Positions 12,568 to 24,212 of a stretch of 64,000 nt of DNA are shown in pieces; the stretch's first letter is position 1; each line of letters starts with the position of its first letter. This DNA is from Ranitomeya imitator (Eukaryota), in the NCBI RefSeq assembly GCF_032444005.1, contig NC_091283.1, positions 61,132,001 to 61,196,000 of the forward strand, written 5' to 3'. The notes beneath the pieces are model-generated. The model made no database searches. It was not told the origin of the DNA and worked only from the letters and a program-made list of their open reading frames with translations. Both the position numbers and the translations under genes were made by a program.

Positions 12568-13381
12568 GGTTGTGAATTCTGTGGCCAAGCTCCCTCCTGT
12601 GGTCATGAGTGGTACTTCGGCTGGTTCTGTCTATGAGCTTCCTCTGGTGGATGTGAGTGGGCTGCGGCTTCTGAGTTTCCTTCCTCAGGTGACGAGGTTA
12701 AGTCGTTAGGTGCTGCTCTATTTAACTCCACCTAGTTCTTTGTTCCTGGCCTCCAGTCAATGTTCCAGTATTGGTCTTGCTTTCTCCTGGATCGTTCTTG
12801 TCGCCTGTCTGCCCTGCATAAGCTAAGTTTTGCTTGTGTTACTTTTGTTTGCTATATTTTCTGTCCAGCTTGCTATATTGGTTTTTCTTGCTTGCTGGAA
12901 GCTCTGAGACGCAGAGGGAGCACCTCCGTACCATTAGTCGGTGCGGAGGGTCTTTTTGCCCCCTCTGCATGGTTGTTTGTAGGTTTTTGTGCTGACCGCA
13001 AAGCTATCTTTCCTATCCTCGGTCTATTCAGTAAGTCGGGCCTCACTTTGCTAAAATCTATTTCATCTCTGTGTTTGTATTTTCATCTTTACTCACAGTC
13101 ATATGTGGGGGGCTGCCTTTTCCTTTGGGGAATTTCTCTGAGGCAAAGTAGGCTTATTTTTCTATTTTCAGGGCTAGCTAGTTTCTCAGGCTGTGCCCGA
13201 GGCGCCTAGGTCTGGTCAGGAGCGCTCCACGGCTACCTCTAGTGTGGTATGATAGGTTTAGGGATTGCGGTCAGCAGAGTTCCCACGTCTCAGAGCTCGT
13301 CCTATGTTAGTAACTATCAGGTCACTTTGTGTGCTCTTAACCACTAGGTCCATTGTGGTTCTGAATCACCTGTTCATAACA
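12568..13381 (+). repeat. 5' LTR (814 bp)
   Basis: Starts (g)gttgtgaattc and ends ataaca. TATA-like tatttaa at 12719-12725. Confidence 0.95.
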
Positions 13382-13383
13382 GT

Positions 13384-13394
13384 ACTGGAGGCCA
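13384..13394 (+). other. self-priming primer-binding site
   Basis: actggaggcca is the exact reverse complement of tggcctccagt (12747-12757), which lies 28 nt downstream of the LTR TATA-like box. Confidence 0.8.
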
Positions 13395-13516
13395 AAAGTA
13401 CTAATGCTTCTCAATAGAGGGAAAAGAGAAGTTCTGAGACCATTTTTTTTTCTCTGTACTGTGTTTTGTCTTTCTTTTCCCCTAGACATTTGGGTGGTTC
13501 AGGACACAGGTGTAGT

Positions 13517-15414
13517 GATGGACATTAAAGATCTGTCTTCTTGTGTGGATCATCTCACTGCAAGAGTACAAAATATTCAAGACTTTGTGGTTCAGAATTC
13601 TATGTTAGAACCAAGAATTCCTATTCCTGATTTGTTTTCTGGAGATAGAGCTAAGTTTCTGAGCTTTAAGAATAATTGTAAACTGTTTCTGGCTTTGAAA
13701 CCCCGCTCCTCTGGTGACCCAGTTCAACAAGTTAAGATCATTATTTCTTTATTACGTGGCGACCCTCAAGACTGGGCATTTTCCCTTGCGCCAGAGAGAT
13801 CCTGCATTATGTAATATTGATGCGTTTTTTCTGGCGCTCGGATTGCTGTATGATGAACCTAATTCAGTGGATCAGGCAGAGAAAAATTTGCTGGCTCTGT
13901 GTCAGGGTCAGGAGGAGGTAGAGATATATTGTCAGAAGTTTAGGAAGTGGTCTGTGCTCACTCAATGGAATGAATGTGCGCTGGCAGCAATTTTCAGAAA
14001 AGGTCTCTCTGAAGCCCTTAAGGATGTCATGGTGGGATTTCCTATGCCTGCTGGTCTGAATGAGTCTATGTCTTTGGCCATTCAGATCGGTCGACGCTTG
14101 TTTGAGCGTAAAACTGTGCACCATTTGGCGGTATTATCTGAGCATGGACCTGAGCCTATGCAGTGCGATAGGACTTTGACCAGAGCTGAACGGCAAGAAC
14201 ACAGACGTCAGAATGGGCTGTGTTTTTACTGTGGTGATTCCACTCATGCTATCTCCGATTGTCCTAAGCGCACTAAGCGGTTCGCTAGGTCTGCCACCAT
14301 TGGTACGGTACAGTCGAAATTTCTTTTGTCCGTTACTTTGATCTGCTCTTTGTCATCCTATACTGTCATGGCATTTGTGGATTCAGGCGCTGCCCTGAAT
14401 TTGATGGACTTGGAGTTTGCTAGGCGCTGTGGGTTTTTCTTGGAGCCCTTGCAGTATCCTATTCCATTGAGAGGAATTGATGCTACGCCTTTGGCCAAGA
14501 ATAAGCCTCAGTACTGGACCCAGCTGACCATGTGCATGGCTCCTGCGCATCAGGAGGATATTCGCTTTTTGGTGTTGCATAATCTGCATGATGTGGTCGT
14601 GTTGGGGTTGCCATGGCTACAAGTCCATAACCCAATATTGGATTGGAAATCAATGTCTGTGTCCAGCTGGGGTTGTCAGGGGGTACATGGTGATGTTCCA
14701 TTTCTGTCTATTTCATCATCCACCCCTTCTGAGGTCCCAGAGTTCTTGTCGGATTACCGGGATGTATTTGATGAGCCCAAGTCCAGTGCCCTACCTCCGC
14801 ATAGGGATTGTGATTGTGCTATCGATTTGATTCCTGGTAGTAAGTTTCCTAAAGGTCGACTGTTTAATTTGTCTGTGCCTGAGCACGCCGCTATGCGGAG
14901 TTACGTAAAGGAATCCTTGGAGAAGGGTCATATTCGCCCGTCATCGTCGCCATTGGGAGCAGGGTTCTTTTTTGTGGCCAAGAAGGATGGTTCGCTGAGA
15001 CCTTGTATTGATTACCGCCTTCTAAATAAAATCACGGTCAAATTTCAGTACCCCTTGCCGCTGCTGTCTGATTTGTTTGCTCGGATTAAGGGGGCTAGTT
15101 GGTTCACCAAGATAGATCTTCGTGGTGCGTATAATCTTGTGCGTATTAAACGGGGCGATGAATGGAAAACAGCATTTAATACGCCCGAGGGCCATTTTGA
15201 GTACCTGGTTATGCCATTCGGGCTTTCCAATGCTCCATCAGTATTTCAGTCCTTTATGCATGACATCTTTCGAGAGTACCTGGATAAATTCCTGATTGTA
15301 TACTTGGATGATATTTTGGTCTTCTCGGATGATTGGGAGTCTCACGTGAAGCAGGTCAGAATGGTGTTCCAGGTCCTGCGTGCTAATTCTTTGTTTGTGA
15401 AGGGGTCAAAGTGA
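13517..15414 (+). pseudogene. Gypsy gag-protease-RT
   Basis: MDIKDLS...EPRIPIPDLFSGDR (capsid), CFYCGDSTHAISDC, AFVDSGA, LRPCIDYRLLN and YLDDILV. One frameshift, premature TGA. Confidence 0.92.
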
Positions 15415-15418
15415 CTCT

Positions 15419-17752
15419 TTGGTGTTCAGAAGGTTTCATTTTTGGGTTTCATTTTTTTTTTCCCCTTCTACTATCGAGATGGACCCTGTTAAAGTTCAGG
15501 CCATTTATGATTGGACTCAGCCGACATCTCTGAAGAGTCTGCAAAAGTTCCTGGGCTTTGCTAATTTTTATCGTCGCTTCATCAATAATTTTTCTAGTAT
15601 TGCTAAACCGTTGACTGATTTAACCAAGAAGGGTGCTGATGTGGTCAATTGGTCTTCTGCTGCTGTGGAAGCTTTTCAAGAGTTGAAGCGTCGTTTTTCT
15701 TCTGCCCCTGTGTTGTGCCAACCAGATGTTTCGCTCCCGTTCCAGGTCGAGGTTGATGCTTCTGAGATTGGAGCAAGGGCTGTTTTGTCGCAAAGAAGTT
15801 CTGATGGCTTGGTGATGAAACCATGCGCCTTCTTTTCCAGGAAGTTTTCGCCTGCTGAGCGTAATTATGATGTTGGCAATCGAGAGTTGCTGGCCATGAA
15901 GTGGGCATTCGAGGAGTGGCGTCATTGGCTTGAAGGAGCTAAGCATCGCGTGGTGGTCTTGACTGATCACAAGAACTTGACTTATCTCGAGTCTGCCAAA
16001 CGGTTGAATCCTAGACAGGCTCGTTGGTCGCTGTTTTTCTCCCGTTTTGACTTTGTGGTTTCGTACCTTCCGGGCTCTAAAAATGTGAAGGCGGATGCCC
16101 TGTCTAGGAGTTTTGTGCCCGACTCTCCGGGTTTGTCTGAGCCGGCGGGTATGCTCAAAGAGGGAGTAATTGTGTCTGCCATCTCCCCTGATTTGCGGCG
16201 GGTGCTCCAAAAATTTCAGGCTAATAGACCTGACCGTTGCCCAGCGGAGAAACTGTTTGTCCCTGATAAATGGACGAGTAGAGTTATCTCTGAGGTTCAT
16301 TGTTCGGTGTTGGCTGGTCATCCTGGAATCTTTGGTACCAGAGATTTGATGGCTAGATCCTTTTGGTGGCCGTCTCTGTCGCAGGATGTGCGTTCGTTTG
16401 TGCAGTCCTGTGGGATTTGTGCTCGGGCTAAGCCCTGCTGTTCTCGTGCCAGTGGGTTGCTTTTGCCCTTGCCAGCCCCGAAGAGGCCATGGACACATAT
16501 CTCTATGGATTTTATTTCGGATCTCCCCGTCTCTCAAAAAATGTTGGTCATTTGGGTTGTTTGTGATCGCTTCTCTAAGATGGTCCATTTGGTACCCTTG
16601 TCTAAATTGCCTTCCTCCTCTGATTTGGTGCCATTGTTCTTCCAGCATGTGGTTCGTTTACATGGCATTCCAGAGAATATCGTTTCTGACAGAGGTTCCC
16701 AGTTTGTTTCGAGGTTTTGGCGAGCTTTTTGTGCTAGGATGGGCATTGATTTGTCTTTTTCCTCGGCTTTCCATCCTGAGACAAATGGCCAGACTGAACG
16801 AACCAATCAGACCTTGGAAACATATCTGAGATGTTTTGTTTCTGCCGATCAGGATGATTGGGTGTCCTTTTTACCTTTGGCTGAGTTCGACCTTAATAAT
16901 CGGGCCAGCTCGGCTACTTTGGTTTTGCCGTTTTTCTGCAATTCTGGTTTCCATCCTCGTTTCTCTTCAGGGCAGGTTGAGTCTTCAGACTGTCCTGGTG
17001 TGGATACTGTGGTGGATAGGTTGCAGCAGATTTGGACTCATGTGGTGGACAATTTGACATTGTCCCAGGAGAAGGCTCAACGTTTCGCTAACCGCAGGCG
17101 CTGTGTGGGTCCCCGACTTCGTGTTGGGGATTTGGTTTGGTTGTCATCTCGTTATATTCCTATGAAAGTTTCCTCTCCTAAGTTTAAGCCTTGTTTCATT
17201 GGTCCGTATAGGATTTCTGAGGTTCTTAATCCTGTGTCTTTTCGTTTGACCCTTCCAGATTCTTTTTCCATACATAACGTATTCCATAGGTCATTGTTGC
17301 GGAGATACGTGGCACCTATGGTTCCATCCGTTGATCCTCCTGCCCCGGTTTTGGTTGAGGGGGAGTTGGAGTATATAGTGGAGAAGATTTTGGATTCTCG
17401 TATTTCGAGACGGAAACTCCAGTACCTGGTTAAGTGGAAGGGTTATGGTCAGGAAGATAATTCCTGGGTCTTTGCCTCTGATGTTCATGCTGCCGATCTG
17501 GTTCGTGCCTTTCATTTGGCTCATCCTGGTCGGCCTGGGGGCTCTGGTGAGGGTTTGGTGACCCCTCCTCAAGGGGGGGGTACTGTTGTGAATTCTGTGG
17601 TCAAGCTCCCTCCTGTGGTCATGAGTGGTACTTCGGCTGGTTCTGTCTATGAGCTTCCTCTGGTGGATGTGAGTGGGGCTGCGGCTTCTGAGTTTCCTTC
17701 CTCAGGTGACGAGGTTAAGTCGTTAGAGCAGCACCTATTTAACTCCACCTAG
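15419..17752 (+). pseudogene. Gypsy RT C-terminus, RNase H, integrase and chromodomain
   Basis: VEVDASEIG, NYDVGNRELLA, HCSVLAGHPG..CGIC, ISMDFI, IVSDRG and EYIVEKILDSR...YLVKWKGYGQEDNSW. Confidence 0.93.
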
Positions 17753-18401
17753 TTCTTTGATCCTGGCCTCCAGTCAATGTTCCAGTATTGGTCTTGCTTT
17801 CTCCTGGATCGTTCTTGTGGCCTGTCTGCCCTGCATAAGCTAAGTTTTGCTTGTGTTATTTTTGTTTGCTATATTTTCTGTCCAGCTTGCTATATTGGTT
17901 TTTCTTGCTTGCTGGAAGCTCTGAGACGCAGAGGGAGCACCTCCGTACCATTAGTCGGTGCGGAGGGTCTTTTTGCCCCCTCTGCGTGGTTGTTTGTAGG
18001 TTTTTGTGCTGACCGCAAAGCTATCTTTCCTATCCTCGGTCTATTCAGTAAGTCGGGCCTCACTTTGCTAAAATCTATTTCATCTCTGTGTTTGTATTTT
18101 CATCTTAACTCACAGTCATTATATGTGGGGGGCTGCCTTTTCCTTTGGGGAATTTCTCTGAGGCAAGGTAGGTTTATTTTTCTATCTTCAGGGCTAGCTA
18201 GTTTCTCAGGCTGTGCCCGAGGCGCCTAGGTCTGGTCAGGAGCGCTCCACGGCTACCTCTAGTGTGGTATGATAGGTTTAGGGATTGCGGTCAGCAGAGT
18301 TCCCACGTCTCAGAGCTCGTCCTATGTTAGTAACTATCAGGTCACTTTGTGTGCTCTTAACCACTAGGTCCATTGTGGTTCTGAATCACCTGTTCATAAC
18401 A
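17584..18401 (+). repeat. 3' LTR (818 bp)
   Basis: tgttgtg...ataaca, preceded by the PPT aagggggggg at 17571-17580. Confidence 0.95.
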
Positions 18402-18994
18402 GTCACCGCTCTGCTTTACGGCCGACGCTTACACAGTGCAGGGAAGCTGACGGCGAGGGACGCGACAGACACCGGAATGTAAGTATGTAGTGTTTGTCTG
18501 TTTTTTACATTTACAATGGTAACCAGGGTAAACATCGGGTTACTAAGCGCGGCCCTGCGCTTAGTAACCCGATGTTTCCCCTGGTTACCCGGGGACCTCG
18601 GCATCGTTGGTCGCTGGAGAGCTGTCTGTGTGACAGCTCTCCAGCGACCACACAACGACGCTGCAGCGATCGGCATCGTTGTCTATATCGCTGCAGCATC
18701 GCTTAATGTGACGGTACCTAAAGACTGCAGTGCCAACAGAATCGGCTCATCTGGGTGCTAGTATTGAAGGGATCATTCTTGACATTCCCTACACATGTAG
18801 CTTCAAATTCCAATCTCACAGATCACATATTCCGCACACAAGTCACATTGGGCATCATGTAGCATTAACAACCATGGACTCAAATCGTCAAAATCCCCCA
18901 TTCTGCCAACTTTTCTCTGGATAACAAACACTTTCCCACTTGTGTGTTTAAGAGAAATAAATATTAATAAATAAAGATTGTTGGTAGCACTCAC

Positions 18995-19051
18995 CTCATC
19001 ATTTTTGGGGCTGCTGGGTGGAGAACAATTCTTTTTTACCATCATGTACTC
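18995..19051 (-). CDS. coding exon 3 (EYMMVKKNCSPPSSPKNDE)
   Basis: Acceptor ctcctgtag, donor GAG|GTGAGT, phase 0->0. Homologous to EYVVMKKNSP in gene 2. Confidence 0.82.
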
Positions 19052-19519
19052 CTACAGGAGAAGAAGTGGAGATGGTTTAATAGAATAGAATAGATTTGCA
19101 TCACATTCGTAAAATACGGTACTGTGGAAGCACACAGCAACATTCTTCGGAAGCGCAAAGCAGCAGCAACGTTCTTCGGAAGCGCGCAGCAGCAGAGTTA
19201 TTCGGAAGCGCACAGCAGCAGCATTATTCATTAACACGCAGCAGTGGTTTCTTTCTCATTTTATGGTATGCCACATGGAGTGTCTGCAGCAAGAAGAGAC
19301 ACCACGTTCCGCCAAACAGTGCATGAGTGCAATGGCGTGTTCATGGACCCTTATTTAGTCAAAACTAATTAATGATGTTCTGTATTTTTACGTAGTTTGT
19401 GTGTGTGCCAGACGATTTGAAATGCAGCACACACCTCTGGATTTTATGGTATTTTATTATAGTAGTGCATTTATAGCAGGGGTCTATAGGAGTAGATTAC
19501 ACCAGTCTCCAGCACTCAC

Positions 19520-19605
19520 CTCTCCAGTCAGCAAGGAGATTATTTCCATTGCTAGCTTCAAAAGTCTTTTGTTCATTATCTTCTCTTTCTTGTTTTCAAC
19601 AAAAT
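19520..19605 (-). CDS. coding exon 2: FAX-like box (DFVENKKEKIMNKRLLKLAMEIISLLTGE)
   Basis: Acceptor ctctctag, donor GAG|GTGAGT, phase 1->0. The xxIIxLLTGE motif matches the first coding exon of gene 2 and amphibian finger-associated boxes. Confidence 0.85.
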
Positions 19606-19683
19606 CTAGAGAGATAATAAAACATAATCGTAACCAGTTCTTGGTCAACTATTAGGACCAGCGTGCACGCGCCTCCTCCTTAC

Positions 19684-20194
19684 CACAGTGCGGATCTGTG
19701 CCAATTGACTTGTCCACCATCGGTTTGACAGTCAGTGTCAAATCATGTTTCACATTCCCAGATTCGGCCATTTCTGGGTTCCCCTGGGAGGTCGGTCCCA
19801 TCTGAGGGACAAAGGCTTGTGGAAGGGAAGAGCTCGAATGTGGAAGGTTTTCTATTTGTGCTTTTGTGCAGGACGGAGCCTTGGAGACCTCCTGCACATC
19901 CGAGAGGTTTGGCACATCTTGAAAAACCGTCGGGACGGCGTCTGGTTTCAGAACCATTTTTGAGCCGTTGAAGAAGTAACTTTTCGGTGAGAAATGTTTG
20001 GAACAGATTTGATAAAGCCCAGTCCTGTTAGACTGCAGAACATTCTTCGCGAACGCTTCTAGGTCAACGAACGCGATACCCGTCTGCTGGAGCCAAAGTC
20101 TAATCATCTGGATGGAGCTTGGGAAGCCATGAAATGTGATACCGGCGTCACAGGCAGAATAGCTGTGGCAGGTCGTCACGATACACTTTGTCAT
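19684..20194 (-). CDS. THAP-FAX-KRAB-like-C2H2 gene, coding exon 1: THAP DNA-binding domain plus linker
   Basis: Open frame MTKCIVTTCH...RLWLQQ...ICSKHF...LKPDAVPTVF carries the C2CH THAP signature and AVPT motif. AG acceptor at 20206-20207 lies 11 nt before the ATG (context AACCATG). Donor TGTG|GTAAGG at 19683, phase 1. Confidence 0.88.
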
Positions 20195-22237
20195 GGTTGT
20201 TTTCCCTGGACAGAAGAGAGGTCATAATTATAAAGGAAAGCTTTACGGCATCATATACATATGGCCGGTCTCACACGCTCAGGGTTCCGGCCTGCGCTCG
20301 GACCACTATGTCTCCTACTGCCTCATATGTACCTGTAAAAGTCAATAATCTCAGGTCATGGGACGCGGCGGCCATGTGGTTTTTCCGATTTGCGCAAAGA
20401 CACGTGAAACTGGCCTAAGGAAGATCAAAGAACTGAAGGGTTTGTCCAATTTCATTTTAAAAAAAAAGTGTGGCAAGGCAGCCATAAAATAAACCAAAGA
20501 CCACTTACTTTTGAAAACCCATGTCAGAAAGGCTGTATAATCCTTTTTAGAAGTTTTTCGGCTTGATATTGCAATAGGCTTGTCTCTCAAAATGCTCACC
20601 TTAATATAAGAATTATACAACTAGTCTGACATGGATTTTCAAAGTAAGTATACCAGTCTCATTAGGTCTAAGATTTATTTACTACTGTGTACATTTTGGA
20701 TTTTCAAATCTGGTGACAGATCCACTTTAAAGAAACCGAACGACCTCTTAAAAGACGCAATAGTCACATTTTGCCTAGCAGCTGCTATACTTTCATGGGA
20801 TTTAAGAGGTGAGATTATTAAAACTGGTCAGAGAAATCAGTATTTTACAAAAGGTCAAAACTGCCTATTAAAGTAACAGCAGCAGGAGCGTAATACAATT
20901 GTTTTTCAAGGTGGAGCAGTCTTACATCACCAAGCACGATGCAAAGTGTTGGCAGTAGTGGTGTAAAGCAGTCACCACTGGACTCTAGAGGGGTCATGTT
21001 CCCACATGGCAGAGCTCTATGTTGGGTGTGCACCCAAGGCCAGATTCAGGCATGGGTGTGTTTTTGTGTCTGTATTATAGCAGAGATGGGTCACCATTAC
21101 AGAGGACCAGCCAAGGATTCGAGAAGCGCCAGAATGAGATCAGCAGAGGAATAATGAGGTGAAAATCTCAGGTATTTTAGGATTTATGACATGTTTTGTA
21201 CCACTTGTGTCCAGCCTCTGTGGGGCACGGACTATTCTGTCCTTCTGACATAACCTTATGTGTCTTTTTCTCAACTCCTCTTCGCTGATTTATGACCAGC
21301 AACCATATCAAAAGGTGAGCAGAACTTTGGTGCAGTCACAAATCAGCATAGAGAGGACAGACGGTGGTATAAATCGGGCAGCAATGCGCGGAGTGATCGG
21401 CAGCTGTCCCCTCCATGAAGCGGACATGCTCGGGTTCAGGAGAGCCGCCAGCCTGTCCACGTGCTGCAGTCCGATTTATATCTGACTGCGCCTTTTAAAG
21501 GAGTTTTCCAGTTTTGGAAAACTCTGTCCCTCGGCTGCAGCTTGTTTAAAATAAAAAGTCTTGGTGTCTTATTGCTCGCAGACCTGACGGACAACGCTGC
21601 AGCCGATTATCGAGCTCCGTGGGCCTGCCCCAGCTGAGGCACGAGCCACTGATTAGCAGCAGCGTTGTCGATGTGACGTCAGGGCTGCAGGCAATTACAG
21701 ACGCAGGGAGCATCAGCAGAGACTCTGGACTGGACCTGGGTAGGGTGAGAAAAGCACAGTTTTCTAGTCTAAACCAAGCTGCAGCCAGGAGACAAGAGAT
21801 TTGCCAAAACCAGATAACACCTTCACCTCATTTTGCAGCCAGCAACGTATAGTGGGGGAAAAAGTATAATTCATACGTCGCCAAAATGTCTGTGACTGGG
21901 TGTCACCATATAAACAGCCATATTTTTTGGGTCAGGGGCTTCATAGTATACTTCCTGTGTAGCCTGACCCTCAAAGGGAGCTATAGAACGCACACTATGG
22001 TGCTGGGCACCAGCAAGAGCCCAATGCACTAGTCCTGGGGCGTCCATGCAGCACACACAGCCCCCTGCTTACAGGCACAGTGCAGACAAGTTCTCTGTAT
22101 ATCGCCCGTAACTCCTGGTGCTCTCACTCCACAGAGTGCGGCACACACACAGCTGCTGTGCTGTTCTCGTCGCACTTTACTGCCATTTGCAGCATTTTCA
22201 CAAAGTGACAACATTTCCCCAAGAGTTAATCCCTTAC

Positions 22238-22450
22238 CTTTTTGTAATCAAGGAAGGACTCAGCCTCTGCTTATGGGCGGAGGGATCCGTGCTGGAAGGC
22301 GGAGGGATATGATAATCTCTCTGCGCTCATTGGCTGACCTTCTAACGACAATCCGGGGAAGAGAATAGAGACTTCTGGGATATGTAGTTTATGTTGCTAT
22401 TTTTTTACTCACTCACAGACGGAAGGAGAACTACAGTGACCATAATGCCG
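22238..22450 (-). promoter_or_regulatory. probable promoter and non-coding first exon of the THAP-KRAB-ZNF gene
   Basis: CCAAT box (cattggctg ~22328), ACTACA/SBS element ttctgggatatgtagttt at 22373-22390, second actacagtgaccataatgc at ~22430, and strong donor AAG|GTAAGG at 22237. Confidence 0.55.
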
Positions 22451-22679
22451 CTGTGTTGGTGACGAAACATAGCGCTTCTACCAATAAGCCTTCCCTGGTT
22501 CGTCTGGTATATATATGACTGTTATCTATGACACTTCCTGTGATGATGATGCAGCTGGTGGTGGTTCCTCACACGGAAAGTCATGGGGCGGCTGCTGAGC
22601 CTTGTAGTCCTCCTGGCAGCAGCTGCAATGCCAAGTGTGCCATGAACCATGTACAGTGGGATTAATGTCTCTTCTTGGT

Positions 22680-22720
22680 GCTGCGGGATATGTTGGCGCT
22701 ATATAAATAAAATTATTAGT
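22680..22720 (+). mobile_element. L2-type LINE 3' tail fragment
   Basis: gctgcgggatatgttggcgctatataaataaaattatta resembles the tail of the L2 at 33949. Confidence 0.4.
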
Positions 22721-24212
22721 GTTGTTTGTAATTATATAATATTGTATTGTGAAACATTAACCGTTTAATGCCAAGGTTAGATTTGAGCTTTTTCCTTCCC
22801 AACTCCATAACTTTTATTGTTTTTCCATAGCCGTATAGTGCTTGTGTTTGTGTTTTTTGAATGACACCGTTCATTCTACCATAAAAGAATTTTTAAAAAA
22901 AGGTGTTTTGTGTGAGACCCGTACATATTTATTTTTTCTTAATTTTTTTTTGCGTAGTTAACAGTGATGAGCGAAGTGCTCGGACAAGGTGCAATCATAC
23001 TCGGGTGCTAGTCGAGTGTCTATGGCGGCTGCATGTCTCGCACATGTCCAACAACCGCAACACATGCAGGGATTGTGTAACAAACAGGCCGTCTGTGCAT
23101 GTGTTGCACCTGTTGAACAGCCGCGAGACATGCAGCAGCGGGGACTAGAACATATTCGAGTATGCCGAAGACATTCGGTTAGCACCAGAGCATGCTTAGA
23201 TAACGCCTTATCCGAGCTCTTCGCTCATCACTAATAGTGACCCCCTTCTGGGCTTCATTGGAGAATCATCATGGCAGTTCTGGTGGTCTTAAACAGGCCA
23301 GCATTTCCCCATCATCGTATTGTTGCTGGAGCTGCAAGAAATCATTTTATACTCTTCTGTTAGGGAATTCATACATATGACATATCCGCAGGTTATGTTA
23401 TCACTATATGATCACTGGTCCGAGTGCTGGACCCCCATATAACCCAATAATGGGGGGTCCCCAAGTCTGCTGTATCAATGGCGCAGTAATGTGCAGGAGT
23501 GACCACCGCTCCATTCACTTTTGCGGCACTTGTCGAACGACTATTTTTTGATAGTTCCATAGAAGTGAATAGAGCTGTGGTCTCGCACGTTCACCACTGC
23601 TTGATTAACACAGAGGATTTTGGGAACCCCATTATTGTGATTGGCGGGAGTCCCAGCGGTCGGACACCTAGTGATCATTCATCCACTACCTATCAATAGG
23701 AGGTAAATGTGTTTAGTGGAACAATCCGTATAAATGGGGCGCACAGAACCTGGATAAGGGCACAAGGCTGTAGATATAGGCTCTCCATATGGTGCCTCTG
23801 AACAGGCCCGTATGTTACATTGTTTCTAGGGGATAATATGGGGGCATGCGCACAATCTCGTTTTTAGGTGGATTTGCTCCGTAACCTGCCGGAAAAGCGC
23901 TTAATAAATGCTAAAAAAAAATTACAGAAAAGAACCAAAAGCGACAATTCAGGACAAAAGAGGCTGATGTATCCAGAAGCGTCATCCACCTGAAACACTC
24001 GCCGGGCGCGCACATGTCTAAAATAAAGGAGGCACAATCTGCTTTCAACACGTGCAGATTTTGTGGCAAATTTTCAACAACCAAATTTATGGTGGGAAAC
24101 ATGTGTCACGTGTGAATGCGCACTAACAGGGTCTGGTCTGCCATAGGAAGATGAATCCTCAGGTTACGAGGTCGGCACAGAAGGACGTCTTGCTGACGGA
24201 TCACTCCTGCAG

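Larger units (their letters stand above)
12568..18401 (+). mobile_element. Ty3/Gypsy chromovirus (Tf1/sushi group), full length, inactivated
   Basis: Two ~815-bp LTRs, gag, CCHC knuckle, protease DSG, RT YLDD, RNase H, integrase and chromodomain. Frameshift at ~13796, TGA at 15412 and T-run at ~15452. Confidence 0.97.
12155..18719. mobile_element. palindromic Harbinger-like MITE (aggtacc TIRs) split by the Gypsy element
   Basis: Left part 12155-12567 and right part 18402-18719 share inverted blocks (ggttactaagcgcagggccgcgcttagtaacc). The central gcggtgacgtcaccgc palindrome is the insertion site. Confidence 0.8.

Noticed and set aside
15620-16648. 342-aa antisense ORF in Gypsy pol
   Set aside because: Shadow of the coding strand with no recognisable domain.
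19652-20194. THAP ORF as a P-element transposase
   Set aside because: No catalytic domain or TIRs follow it, and it ends at a strong donor in phase with the FAX exon.
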